64,000 bases of DNA from Bacteroidota bacterium (GTDB lineage Bacteria > Bacteroidota > Bacteroidia > Chitinophagales > Chitinophagaceae): NCBI GenBank assembly GCA_037200265.1, contig JBBCIL010000016.1, positions 24,243 through 88,242 of the forward strand, given 5' to 3'. Below, in pieces: positions 22,942 through 34,828 of the stretch (position 1 is the first letter of the stretch; each line of letters begins with the position of its first letter). The translations under genes were made by a program, and so were the position numbers. The notes beneath the pieces are model-generated. The model did not search any database and had not been told where the DNA came from. It was given only the letters and a program-made list of their open reading frames with translations.

Positions 22942-25467
22942 TTAGAAGTTTACATTTAAGCTTACACCATAAGAACGAACGGTATTACTCTGGCCCGATT
23001 CGTACCAGCTGATAGACTGCGAACCGGTTGACAGTTCGGAAGGATCCAATCCTTTCGGCGCTTTTTGCCAGATCATAGCAGGGTTCCTGGCTATCAGGGC
23101 TAATGTGATCCCTTTGAAAGGAAGTTTGCTGATAGTGTTTTTATCAAATGTATAACCAAGTCTTATTTCTCTTAATTTGATATAAGAAGCATCGAATACC
23201 CAGTCTTCATAAATCCTTCTGGCTACCGTACCGAAATAGGTCTGTGCATCTACATAGGCTGTAACCGGTTGCTTGGTTGCATCTGAAATTCCATCTATCC
23301 TCACGCCGCCGCCGTTGGCAACCGTTTCGCGGATATTATTTCCTTTGTCATTTAATACTACGGTAGAAGCATCCTGTCCTGTTCTTACCGCCAGCATCTT
23401 GGAGCGGCTGAAGAACTGTCCGCCAAACTGGAAATCAATCATCGCTGCCAGTTCAAACTTCCAAAGCTTGAATGAGTTCTGAAAACCACCGGTAAAGTCA
23501 GGAAGCACTGTACCGAAATCATAAACAGATTCGGTAAATAACGGAAGGTTGTTCGTTCCCAATAACATTTTACCTGTAGCCGAATCACGTTTGTACGCCG
23601 GACCTACAAGACTGCCAAACGGTTTACCTACATAAGAATTGAGGTAAGTGGTAACGCTTGAATAAGTAGTGGAGCCATAATTCAGTGTATTGATACCGGG
23701 ATACAATTCGACCAGCGAATTCTTATTGCGGCTTATATTAAAGGTCGAGTTCCAGGTAAAGTTCTTTGTTTGTACAGGCGTACCTGTCAGCGTAAGTTCA
23801 AACCCTTTGTTCTGGATCAGGCCTGCATTAATAGTGGTTGATTCATAACCGCTGGCGCCTGACACAAAAAGAGGGAGTATCTGTTTCTTATTCTTCTGGG
23901 AATAATAAGTGATATCTGCGCCACCCTGTTCTTAAGAAACCTGAGTTCTATACCCGCTTCATACGAATTAGAGAAAGAAGGTTGTATAGTAGGATTGGCC
24001 AAATTATCAGGAACTGATAATGTATTACCGCAGGCGGTCCTGCATAAATAGTTCCTAAGCTATACGAGAAGGAAGTCTGGTAAGGATTAAGATCCGATCC
24101 TGCTTTTGCATAGCTCAATCGTAATTTACCAAAAGATAAAGGATTCCAGTCTATCAGTTCACTAAACACAAAACTTCCTGAAATGGATGGATACCAATAC
24201 GAGTTGTTTTCTTTCGGTAATGTAGACGTATTATCGTTGCGCAAAGTAACATCAATGAAATACGTTTCTTTATATCCTACTGATGCCGTTCCATACAGGC
24301 TACGGATTTCTTTGCGCAATAAATAAGAAGTATTGACCGGGCGGTCTATAGATGCGCCGATATTAAAAAATCCGGGCGCTGATAAACCACCTACCGTTGC
24401 CTGGTACAGGTAATTATATCTCCTTTTGTACAGGTTGGCGCCGATGTTGGCATTCAATGAAAATTCACCCCAGTTCTTTGTGTACTGTCCTAAAAAATTC
24501 ATAATTCAATTCCCTGTTCTGGTATTTGCCAATGTAGTAAGCAGGAATTCTTCTGCCGCCAAAAGCAGTACGTTCTTCAATATTCTGCGTAAACATATCA
24601 CCCCCGCAGGAAACCACTGAACTTTAAACCGGGCATCAGCTCATAAGTAAGACCGATATCACCAAAAAAGCGATCCCTGTCGTCGTTGCTCAGGTTTTCG
24701 TGAGAATCAAAAAAAGGATTGTCCCAATACAATGGTTTGAAACTGCTCATTACACCGGCAGCTGTCGGCCTGTTCAGATTCCAGTTAAGGAAGGTGCCAT
24801 CGCTGTACTGGTAATCTTTCAGCCGGTCCATATCCACGTTTCGCTGAAACCATTGTACCATATACCTGGCGCCATATTCAGAACCCTGTGTAGGGCGTTG
24901 TGCTTTATTGGTCGCATAATTAATATTCGCCAGCACACTCAGTTTTTTGGTAAGCTCGAGCCCGGCGCTTAAGCCGATATTATTTCTTCTCAGCCAGGTA
25001 TTGGGTTCTACTCCCTCCACTCTTGTATCGTTAAAGCTCAACCGGAATGTGGAATTGTCACTACCGCCGGATACAGTTATCCCGTTATTGATGGTAGATC
25101 CCGTTTTAAAAAAATCTTCTACATTACTCGGGTGCGCTACGAATGGCGTCAGTTGATTGTATCCGGATCGAGAGGATAAAAGCTGAATACCTGGCGTACA
25201 GGAGTACCATCCATTTTGGGTCCCCAGCTTTCATCTACGCTCATATCTACGTATTTGTCGCCGTTGCCAAGTGTGCGCCATGTTTGGCTGGAACCTCCTC
25301 CATATAAATTCTGAAGCGGAATGAAATTGCCGGCTTTCTCAAACGAAAAAAGCCGAATTGAGTTGCACACTGACTTTCTTTGCTCCTTTAGCGCCTTTTT
25401 TAGTAGTAATAAGAATGACTCCATACTGACCACTCGTATACCATACAGGGCGGAAGCGGCAGGTCCT
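22942..25467 (-). pseudogene. susC: SusC/RagA TonB-dependent receptor, lacking roughly the first 190-250 codons and carrying at least 5 frameshifts
   Basis: ORFs 25149..25544, 24598..25041, 23948..24502, 23817..24002 and 22942..23865 are collinear. The gene begins in the plug-end motif [21 protein letters not shown] and ends in the barrel terminus SYGVSLNVNF. No signal peptide, carboxypeptidase-like domain or TonB box lies upstream. Confidence 0.8.
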
Positions 25468-26260
25468 AGCAAATGTAATGTCCTTGTCTGCATCGTAACT
25501 TCTTGTCTGCTGTATGACAGTTTCGCCTTTTTCCAGCAGGTCAATCAACCGCTTTGCTTCAAATTCGATAGCCCGCTTTACATTCCTGATAGAATTAAGA
25601 TTCTTTACTTCTACTTTGGTACCCAGTTTTGTTTCCCCTTTCTTACGAACAGAAACATTCGCATCACAAACGCAGGCTTCCCTTCTTCCATGTTACCATC
25701 ACATATTTCTAAATAACGTACCAGTTTTCTTATCTCGCTCACATAAGCAAAAGCTTCATCAGCGCTCCTGATATCAGGTTCCGTTACGATTTCGATCAGC
25801 GGGGTACCGGCCCGGTTATAATCAATACTGGTATTATCTGCGTCCACATCATGCAGGCTCTTACCGGCATCTTCTTCCATATGGATACCGGTTGAGCCGT
25901 ACCTGCCTTTCGCCTTCGCCGGTCCTGATCTTTACATAACCTCCTTTGCATATCGGCGTCGTGTGTTGGGATACCTGGTAACCTTTGGGCAGATCAGGAT
26001 AGAAGTAATTCTTGCGGGCAAAATAATTGTGCCGTTCTATCTCACAGTGACAGGCCAGCCCCATTTTTATAGCCAGTTCGATAGCTTTCTTGTTCATTTT
26101 GGAGCAAAGTACCGGGATGCGCCAGCGTAATGGGGCTTACATGGGTATTCGGCTCTGCACCAAAAGCGATACTGTCACCACAGAATAGTTTGCTTTTCGT
26201 CAGCAGTTGTGCGTGTACCTCCAGCCCAATGACTATTTCGTATGAATTTACCTCGTGCAT
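25468..26260 (-). pseudogene. gatB: Asp/Glu-tRNA amidotransferase subunit B (GatB); only about the first 264 codons are present, frameshifted, abutting susC
   Basis: ORFs 26042..26260, 25861..26097 and 25611..25880 carry [37 protein letters not shown] and [76 protein letters not shown] runs into SusC sequence. The GatB/YqeY tail is absent. Confidence 0.85.
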
Positions 26261-26298
26261 GTTTCAGGCTGGCAAAAATACGCCCAAATGGGTAGAAA

Positions 26299-26405
26299 GT
26301 TTAAGGGGTTTAAAGGTTTAAGCCGTTAAGGGTTCTGGTAACAAATGGTTTCAATTCAATAAACAAGCTCCTGTTTTTAAGAACTTTAACGGTTTAACCC
26401 CTTAC
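26299..26405. repeat. Word hairpin of the TTTAAAGG family (W2)
   Basis: Left arm gtttaaggggtttaaaggtttaagccgttaagggtt (26299-26334) and right arm aactttaacggtttaaccccttac (26382-26405) are imperfectly complementary. Confidence 0.55.
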
Positions 26406-26434
26406 AACAATGAGCTATGCTCTAAAATAAAAAA

Positions 26435-26456
26435 CCCCTTCCTGCCCGGGAAGGGG
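26435..26456 (-). terminator. Rho-independent terminator candidate downstream of the PDZ protein gene
   Basis: Stem ccccttcc / ggaagggg with a 6-nt loop. The A-run at 26424-26434 gives a T-tail on the minus strand. Confidence 0.55.
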
Positions 26457-26482
26457 ACTAAAATGCACACGAGATATATGTA

Positions 26483-27517
26483 TTAAAGATCTGCGGTTTT
26501 AAGCTTACGGGGGATCTTCACTTCTATATTATGTGTTTTTCCACCACGCAATAATTTTACCATTACAGAATTTTTATCCTTGCTCTCTTTTGATGACCTT
26601 AGCGATCTCATCAGCACTGTTGGTAGCTTTACCTTCCACTTCTGTGATCACATCATCATTTTTAACGCCTGCTTTAGCGGCATTACTTTCATCATCCACT
26701 TCGATAACTTTTACGCCTTTACCATCGTCGGTATCCTGTACAGATAATCCAAGTTTGGGAGCGCCGCCTGAATAGCCCCAGCTGTCAACATAACCCCTGA
26801 CCTTTGCGTTTGCGCGCGGAACAGACTGGATCTTTGGCATAACCGTGCTCATGTCAAAATTCCCCATATCTATATTATACTGGCCGGGAACAGTGAAAAT
26901 ACTGCTGCCTTTCCATTTACCCAGTTCTGCCGTTGCTTTCTGTTCTTTATCATCTCTCAGGTAAGTGATGCTGATTTTTTCACCTGCCTTATGCGCTTTA
27001 ATAACTTTGGAAAGATCATCAGGTGTTTCTATTTTCTTGTCATCTATCTTAGTGATGACATCTCCTTCTTTTAATCCTGCTTTAGAAGCGCCGCTTTCTT
27101 TTGTGATATCCCTTATCTCTGCTCCTTTATCATTATTTTCTGTAGTCACACCCAGCATAGCCCTGTTAGAATCTATACTAAACATTTTAAAAATTATCAC
27201 CGGACATATTCCAGTTCTGGTTCATAGCACCGTAGCCGCTCCATGTGTCTCTCACTTTAGTACGGTTCACCGTTATATTTTTCACCCTTGTATTCTTCAA
27301 TAGGCTTGCCATTCACCGTTACTTTATCGCCATTCACTTCCACTACTACTTTTTCATCTTCACCGGCCTTTGCGGATAATAGTGATCACTTCACTGTCCT
27401 TTTTTTCTTTATCCTTTGTTTTTTTCCTTATCTCCCGGTTGTGCCAACAATACCATTGGCGACAACAACACATGCTCCAAGGATAATGAGCAAAGGTTTT
27501 CTGAGTGCTTGTTTCAT
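26483..27517 (-). pseudogene. Secreted protein with two PDZ domains, frameshifted
   Basis: Starts MKQALRKPLLIILGACVVVA. ORF 26574..27200 has two PDZ-like segments (GAEIRDITKESGASKAGLKEGDVITKIDD; GVKVIEVDDESNAAKAGVKNDDVITEVEG). Confidence 0.65.
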
Positions 27518-27541
27518 ACTGTTTTTAATTTTTATAATTAT

Positions 27542-28155
27542 CTACGTTGTTTTTTCGTAGTTCAAATATAATGACATTTTTCTAAATACGAAATGTTTCG
27601 GAAATGTTAAATACCTGAAATATGTAAAAGGCTTTTTCAATGGATAAGCGGGGTTAAGCAGTTCATAGGTTCTGGCCGTATGCTCATCAACAAATTCATC
27701 CCCAATATACCGCATCCCGCATTTCTCTAAAACCCGCCATGATCCTATGTTTGCCGGCTCAGCCCTGCTCAACGATCCTGGCAAGGCCCAGGTTTTTGAA
27801 ACCATAGCCGATGCTGGCAAAAGCTGCCTCGGTAGCATACCCTTTTCCCCAGGAAGAAGGGTCAAAACGATAGCCCAGATCCACTTCATTTCTTTCGGGC
27901 CTGTACTTTAAACCGCACCAGCCAATGAATGCAAGACCCTGTTTTATATGCACCGCCCAGCGCCCATGATCATATAATGCATATTGTGGAAGGATTGTTT
28001 TTTCAAGCAGTTGCGCAGCTTGCTCCATACCAGCAACCGGATCATGCGTATAACGGGTTACTTCAGGGGTTTTTATTCAATTCATATATCAATCCGGCGT
28101 CATTAATCGTAAATGTCCGTAACAATAAACGATTGGTTTCTATCACAACATTCAT
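27542..28155 (-). pseudogene. GNAT family N-acetyltransferase (RimJ/RimL-like), frameshifted; 3' end uncertain
   Basis: MNVVIETNRLLLRTFTINDAGLIYELNKNP, then ORFs 27759..28028 and 27542..27889 (GWCGLKYRPERNEVDLGYRFDPSSWGKGYATEA; NIGSWRVLEKCGMRYIG). Confidence 0.65.
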
Positions 28156-28409
28156 ACTAAAAATAATATCGTTCAGATAGTAATTTTACTAAGCCTCCAT
28201 TCATTGGGAATAGGAAATAAATGTGCATTTTTGATGTACACAAGCAATCACCACCACCCACCTGCATGGTCAATTTTTTAGCTATAATTGCTATAGTTAT
28301 TTGCGTTATAGCAATAGCCGTTTGCGTATGGGTTTATATAGAAAACACGATACCGGCCCTGGCCAAAGAAAAAAGAAAGAAGCAAAGAACCCAAACCCCC
28401 GAGAGGATT

Positions 28410-31084
28410 TTATTTTTCTTGAAGAAGTGCCTTTACACTTTCTATTACTTTCATAAGATTACCGGCATCCTGTCCTCCTGCCGTCGCTAAATTCTTTTGT
28501 CCGCCACCACCACCTTTGATCAATGGCGCTACATGTTCTTTGATGATCTTTCCTGCATCCAGGTTCCTGGCAGCGACTACTGTATCAGCAATGCTGACAG
28601 CCACAAAAGGCTTGCCTCCTATATTGGCGCATAATACAGCGACATGATCACGCAAATGATTCTTCAGATCAAAACACAGTTTTTTTTAATGCATCGGCAT
28701 TGCCTACTTCTACTATATCGCCAATAAAGTTCACCCCATTGACGATCTCATCTTTCTGCAATAATTCATTACGCACACCTACCAGCATTCTGTTCTCCGC
28801 ATGATCTAATTTCTTTTTGAGATCATTATTCTCTTCCAGCAGGTTCTCCACTGCTTTTTGAAAATCTTTTGGATTCTTCAACGATTCACGAACAGAACGA
28901 AGCAAAGGAAAACTGCTCATTGATATAATCCTCCGCCTGTTTACCACAAATAGCTTCTACTCTCCGAACGCCGGCAGCGACAGCCGATTCGCTGGTGATC
29001 TTAAATATTCCTAACTCACCGGTAGCGCCCACATGCGTACCGCCGCAAAGCTCTACGGAATAGTTTGGATCAATGACCACTACTCTTACCACATCGCCGT
29101 ATTTTTCACCAAATAAAGCCATAGCGCCCAATTTGAGTGCTTCTTTTTTGGCATTTGATTGATAACAACGGGTATATTCTCCCTTATCTTTTCATTCACC
29201 AGAGATTCTACCCTGCTGATCTCTTCTTCCGTCATTTTTGCGAAATGAGAAAAATCAAAACGAAGATGTTCTTCATTGACCAATGAACCTTTTTGCGCTA
29301 CATGATTGCCTAACACATTTCTCAATGCAGCATGAAGAAGATGCGTAGCGGAATGGTGCAGGGCGATATTCTTTCTTCTTCCGGCATCTGCTTTGGGCTA
29401 CAACAGTTCCGTTGACCTGCCAGGGCAGTTTTTCAACAAAATGAATAATGAGGTCATTATCTTTTTTGGTATCTGTTACAGTGATCGTTTCATCTCCGAA
29501 TATCAATACACCGGTATCGCCTGTTTGTCCGCCACTTTTCTGCATAGAACGGAGTTTTGTCCAGCACAAATTGAAAAGCTTCTTTGCCTTTGGCTTTTAC
29601 TTTGCGGTATTTTAAAACCTCCGCATTTGTTTCTAACGAATCATAGCCGACAAATTTGTTTGACCCCTCTTTTAAAACAACCCAATCTTCTGTATCAACA
29701 ACTGTGGCGGAACGGGAGCGGGTCTTTTTGTTGCTGCATTTCGGCTTTGAATCCTTCCTCATCTACTTCCAGTTTATTCTCAGTTGCTATCAATTGGGTG
29801 AGGTCAAAAGGAAATCCGTATGTATCATAAAGTTCAAAAGAATCTTTCGCTGATATTGTTCCCGTGGCAACCAGGTCATCTACTTTTTTTAATCCTTTGT
29901 CCAATGTTCTCAAAAAAGCATCTTCCTCTTCCTTTACCACCTTACTTACAAAATCTACCTGTTTCTGCAATTCCGGAAATACATGCTCAAATTGTTTAGC
30001 CAATACAGGCACCAGTTGATTCAATAATGGTTGTTTATAATCCAGGTAAGAATAATAATAACGAACAGCACGGCGCAGGATTCTTCTTATTACATAGCCG
30101 GCTCCTGTATTAGAGGGCAACTGTCCGTCTGCGATCGTAAAACAGATAGCTCTTATATGATCGGCAATAACACGGAAAGCAATAGCTTGTTTGCTATCGC
30201 TGTAATCATATTTCTTACCCGTTATTTTTTCAGTCTCCCCCAATCGTACCGGGTAAAAATATCTGTATCATAATTCGAAGTCTTTTTTTGCAGTACCCTC
30301 ACCAGTCTTTCCAATCCCATTCCCGTATCCACATGCTTTGCCGGCAACGGTCCAAGACTTCCATCCTTTAACCGGTTAAACTGGATGAATACATTGTTCC
30401 ATATCTCTATCACCTGCGGGTGATCGTTATTCACCAGTGCTTTTCCATCTACCGCTTTTCTTTCTTCCGCCGTACGGCAATCCACATGTATCTCTGTACA
30501 GGGTCCGCAGGGGCCGGTATCGCCCATTTCCCAGAAATTGTCTTTCTTATTGCCCAGCAGTATCCTGTCTGCTGCAATTACTTTCTTCCATTCTTCGTAC
30601 GCCTCTTCATCTTTGGGTAACCCTTCTTTTGCATCCCCTTCAAAAATGGTAACATATAACCTGTCTTTCTCCAGGCCATACACTTCTGTCAGCAGTTCCC
30701 AGCTCCAGGCAATGGCTTCTTTCTTGAAGTAATCGCCAAAACTCCAGTTGCCCAGCATTTCGAACATGGTATGATGATAAGTATCTACTCCCACTTCCAG
30801 TTGCCCAGCATTTCGAACATGGTATGATGATAAGTATCTACTCCCACTTCTTCCAGGTCGTTGTGCTTACCGCTTACCCGCAGGCATTTTTGCGTGTCCG
30901 CCACTCTTGCAGCAGTGGCCTTTTTATTTCCAAGAAAATAATCTTTGAACTGGTTCATCCCTGCATTGGTGAACATGAGGGTAGGGTCGTTCTTTACCAC
31001 GATCGGTGCGGATGGCACGATCTGGTGACCCTTTGAATGGAAAAAATCCAGAAACCTGCTGCGTATATCTGCGCTATTCATCAT
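28410..31084 (-). pseudogene. alaS: Alanine--tRNA ligase AlaS, full length but in at least 9 frames and carrying a 53-bp tandem duplication
   Basis: Nine collinear ORF pieces run from 30785..31156 to 28410..28655. Motifs seen: [49 protein letters not shown], and the editing-domain [11 protein letters not shown] and CGGTHV. Confidence 0.92.
30744..30849. repeat. Perfect 53-bp tandem duplication inside alaS
   Basis: ccagttgcccagcatttcgaacatggtatgatgataagtatctactcccactt occupies 30744-30796 and again 30797-30849. The peptide [15 protein letters not shown] is therefore encoded twice. Confidence 0.9.
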
Positions 31085-31180
31085 ATTAGACCCTATAAAT
31101 GGGTTGATTTTTGCTGTTTTAGAACTTATATTTGTCAACCCTGTAATGGTCGGCAAAGGTAATGATTAGAATGTTTGCCT

Positions 31181-31228
31181 CACCCTGACCCCACGGGCCA
31201 CAATCACCCTGACCCCACGGGCCACAAT
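31181..31228. repeat. Perfect 24-bp x2 tandem repeat in the divergent alaS / M23-peptidase intergenic region
   Basis: caccctgaccccacgggccacaat occurs at 31181-31204 and 31205-31228. Confidence 0.9.
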
Positions 31229-31267
31229 CGCAACATCCTCACCAATGTCCCCGCAGGGATTTGGGTT

Positions 31268-32235
31268 ATGAAAAAGATCAAATATTATTATAACACCAAT
31301 ACGCTTCGCTACGAAAAGCTGAAACCCCGCTTCGGGTAAAGATCCTGCGCATATTCGCGTTCCTGGCTGCCGCTTTTGTTACAGCCATGTTCATTTCCTT
31401 CGTCGCTTTCCGCTTTGTAGGCTCACCTAATGAACGCGCGCTGGATATCCAGAATGAATTGCTGAGAGACAATTATCACAACCTGGAGAATAAAGTAGAG
31501 GATATGGAGCAGCAGATGTCTGAGCTGGAAAAAAGGGACAACAATGTTATCGCTCTATTTTCGAAGCCAATCCTATCCCCGACAGTGCGCGGGCAAAGGA
31601 CCTGGAAGAACAGATCGAAATAGAGAGCATAGAAAAAATGAAGGATAAAGAACTGGTAACGTCTATCGTGAGTACCCTTGGCAACCTCGGCAGCCGGATC
31701 AGGGTGCAAAAGACCTCTTATACTGAATTAGACAAACTGCTCAATAATAAGGAACAGCTTTTAGCGCATACGCCCGCCATTCAGCCGGTGAGCAACAAAG
31801 ACCTTAACCGGATCGCCTCAGGGTTTGGTCATCGTATTGACCCCATTTATAAAACAGTAAAGATGCATGCCGGGCTTGATTTTGCAGCGCCGCAGGGCAC
31901 CCCGATCTATGCTACAGCCGACGGCACGGTAAAAGTATCCGGCAATACGGGCAATGGATACGGCAATCATGTGGTGATCACACACGGATACGGCTATGAA
32001 ACATTATATGGCCATATGGTGAGAGTAAAATCAAGACCGGGCCAGGCAATAAAACGTGGTGAAGTGATCGGCTGGGTAGGCAGCACAGGTAAATCCACCG
32101 GCCACATTGCCATTACGAAGTACATAAATACAACCAGAAATAGATCCTGTTTACTTCTTCTACAACGACCTTACACCGGATCAATTCGATCGTTTGCTGA
32201 AACAGGCAGCGTCTTCGAATCAAAGTTTAGATTAA
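31268..32235 (+). pseudogene. M23 family metallopeptidase with N-terminal TM and coiled coil, frameshifted
   Basis: MKKIKYYYNTNTLRYEKL..., ORF 31387..31623, and ORF 31638..32357 containing GFGHRIDPIYKTVKMHAGLDFAAPQGTPIYATADG and GNHVVITHGYGYETLYGHM. The tail DPVYFFYNDLTPDQFDRLL lies in another frame. Confidence 0.8.
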
Positions 32236-32363
32236 AGGGAAAGTCGGGAAGGAAGCTAACCGACTCACCATTCGCTACTCACCACTTCGGATTTACTTTT
32301 CCACACATTGGCACGGCTATTGCGCCGCTGTTCACATCATCCTTATCTTTGATATAATTAGTT

Positions 32364-32909
32364 ATGAGCAAAGACCTGACACAAATCACTTTTGAATTCA
32401 TACAACAGAAGAAGCAGTAGTTTCTTCACCGGTGTCTGTTGCTACAGCAGCACCTGTTGCTGAAAAAAAGGAAAAGTTAGAATCTGTCTCTCCGGTTGCT
32501 CCCATTGCTAAAAAACAAGGTTCTACAAGAGGCCGCCGTTCATTAAAAGATGCAGGCCTGGCTTCGATCTTATCAATGTTCCCAATGATGAGGAGCTTTT
32601 TAAAAAACAATATTATTCTATCGGTGAAGTAGCGATCATGTTCCGCGAAAATCAATCGCTGATACGCTACTGGAAACAGAGTTTGATATCTGCAACCAAG
32701 AAAGAACCGCAAAGGCGAACCGTTTTTTCCGCCCGGTGGATGTTAAGAACCTTGTCATGATCTATGATCTTCTCCGCCGCCGCAAGTTCACGATCGAAGG
32801 CGCTAAAGATTATCTTAAAAAGAATAAGAACGCTGAAGAAAAATTCGGAATGATCCAGTCACTGGAAAGAATAAAAGGCTTTTTCCTCGAACTAAAAGCC
32901 ACGCTCTGA
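32364..32909 (+). pseudogene. MerR-family HTH protein, frameshifted
   Basis: MSKDLTQITFEF..., then YYSIGEVAIMFRENQSLIRYWE.EFDI...RKGERFFRPVDVKNLVMIYDLLRRRKFTIEGAKDYLKKNK across frames. Confidence 0.6.
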
Positions 32910-32994
32910 TGTTTCTTTTCTAATGCAACTTAACAACCATTGTTGCATCTTCTGACAGCTTGCCTTTATTTTCTAGCCCCTTTACTTTAACAGT

Positions 32995-33533
32995 ATGAAG
33001 AAATTTTTAATTATCTCCCTGGCTATTCTTTCAGGCTACTACCAGTGTCGTTGCTCAAAACCAGTATGAAGTGCTGCCTGACAAAGATGGAGGCAGAATT
33101 TTTAAAGGCATCATTTCAAGGGAAATACTGGAAAAAGACAGTTCTTTTTATAACCAATGGTATGCTGTCAATTTTAAAGCCTATTCACCGAATGCAGCAG
33201 CCGTAGCCGGGCTGAAAAAACATAGCGACTCGTTACAAATTATTGCCTTTATGGGAACATGGTGCGAAGATTCTCATTTCATCATACCCAAACTGTTCAA
33301 CCTGCTGGACGCTGCGGGTTTTGCCAAAGATAAAGTGTCGCTGATCGGAACAGACCCGCAGCAAAAAAACACTGGGCTACCTGTCAGAAGCGATGAACAT
33401 TACTAATGTACCTACTATCATCGTGATGAAAAAAGGAAAAGAAGTGGGTCGTGTGATAGAGTATGGTAAAGAGGGCGTGTTTGATAAAGAACTGGCGGAG
33501 ATCATCAACTCGATAAATGCTGTTCCCCGGTAG
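32995..33533 (+). pseudogene. Thioredoxin-fold family protein (secreted), frameshifted
   Basis: A signal peptide is followed by ORF 33071..33406 with FMGTWCEDSHFIIPKL. The tail NVPTIIVMKKGKEVGRVIEYG lies in another frame. Confidence 0.6.
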
Positions 33534-34613
33534 CCGGTTTGGCGATCCGGATTTCTGTACTGGCCCCTGCGATCTCCATTTTCAATTCTTCCATAAGTCT
33601 TAATACCTGCAGGTTTATTTCCTGTTTCACTGCCAGGTATTCGCGGTGTGTGAGCGGCCGGTAAAATAATCGGCATTGACGAGAAATGCATTCACAGCGA
33701 TATCGCTCATCGCTACCGTTGAGCTTTCAATAGTCTTATGCTCCAGTATTTTTTTAATGCCGTTTATTAATTTCTCTAACTCCTCAGCAGAAGCAGACAA
33801 ACCGATCTGCAAACGAAGTTCCCCCTTTTAATTGGGTACGCAGTGTCAGGTTATCGAGGATGCTATCCACCATCTGTTATTAGGAACCGTAACGTATGTT
33901 TTCTGATCGGTCCTGATCCTGGTACTTCTTAATCCTATCTTTTCTACATTGCCTGTTATATTCTGCACTTTTACCAGGTCGCCCAATGTAAAAGGCTTAT
34001 CAAAAAATATAATAAGGAAGCGATCAGGTTTTCCAGGCTTTCCCGCAGGGCGAGGGCGATAGCGGCGCCCAATAATGCTCAGCCGGTGAGTACATTGCTG
34101 ACATCGAAATGAAAGGCAAATTTTAATATCATCAATATGCCGATGATAGCAATAATGACCTTAAAAAAATCCCTGAAGAAAACGACCAGCTGGTTATCTG
34201 TCTGGTCGGGTGTAAGGTCTGCCCGGCGCTCAAGAATAAGTGAAATAAAATGAATGACCCGCAGTACCAGGCGAATGAATGAAATGATGAGTATGATCGT
34301 GCCGATACAATGTATAATGTCTTTTATGCTGTATCCATATAGTTCTTCGCTCAGTTCATCGGGAAAACGGAGCTTATGCAATGCAATGATGGAAACCAAT
34401 ACCAGCAGGAACATGCCCAGGGGCTTGACGACAAGTACAGTGAAAGATTTTTTATCAAGATCTTTCCATACCCTGTTCACCAATTGAAATAACAGGCCGC
34501 AACATACCGGGAGATATATCGTTTGAAAATGAGAACAAAAAAAATGACGGCTAAACAATGAGGTATTTTTTTATGGGATTACCCAACCATATCGTTTCAA
34601 GAAAATCATTCAT
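33505..34613 (-). pseudogene. Mechanosensitive ion channel (MscS) family protein, frameshifted
   Basis: MNDFLETIWLGNPIKKYLIV..., ORF 34079..34558 (TM helices), then IIGAAIALALRESLENLIASLIIFFDKPFTLGDLVKV..GNVEKIGLRSTRIRT and ORF 33627..33812. Confidence 0.75.
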
Positions 34614-34828
34614 GCAACAAAGCCATTTAAACAGCAAAAATACCGATTACTTTATTGTTTCCAGCAATCGCGGTATTAGGTCAGTACCCGGTTTTTTAAA
34701 TCCTTTACCAAAATTCAAAACAGGGGCTACCAATATCACCGCATACAAAGACCATAGAAATGTTGCCGGTTTTAATGTGTTCTGCTGTGTTTCTCTTTTG
34801 CTCTGCGGTTTTCCGGGTGGAATATCCA

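Noticed and set aside
25339-25548. Reading the GatB-SusC junction ORF as a functional fusion protein.
   Set aside because: The ORF is only 69 codons and is flanked by frameshifts on both sides. It joins a cytoplasmic enzyme fragment to an outer-membrane barrel that has no signal peptide.
28221-28490. 89-aa ORF with one hydrophobic helix between the GNAT gene and the alaS 3' end.
   Set aside because: It overlaps the alaS stop region, matches no family I recognise, and lies in a region where frames are unreliable. That is not enough support to call a gene.
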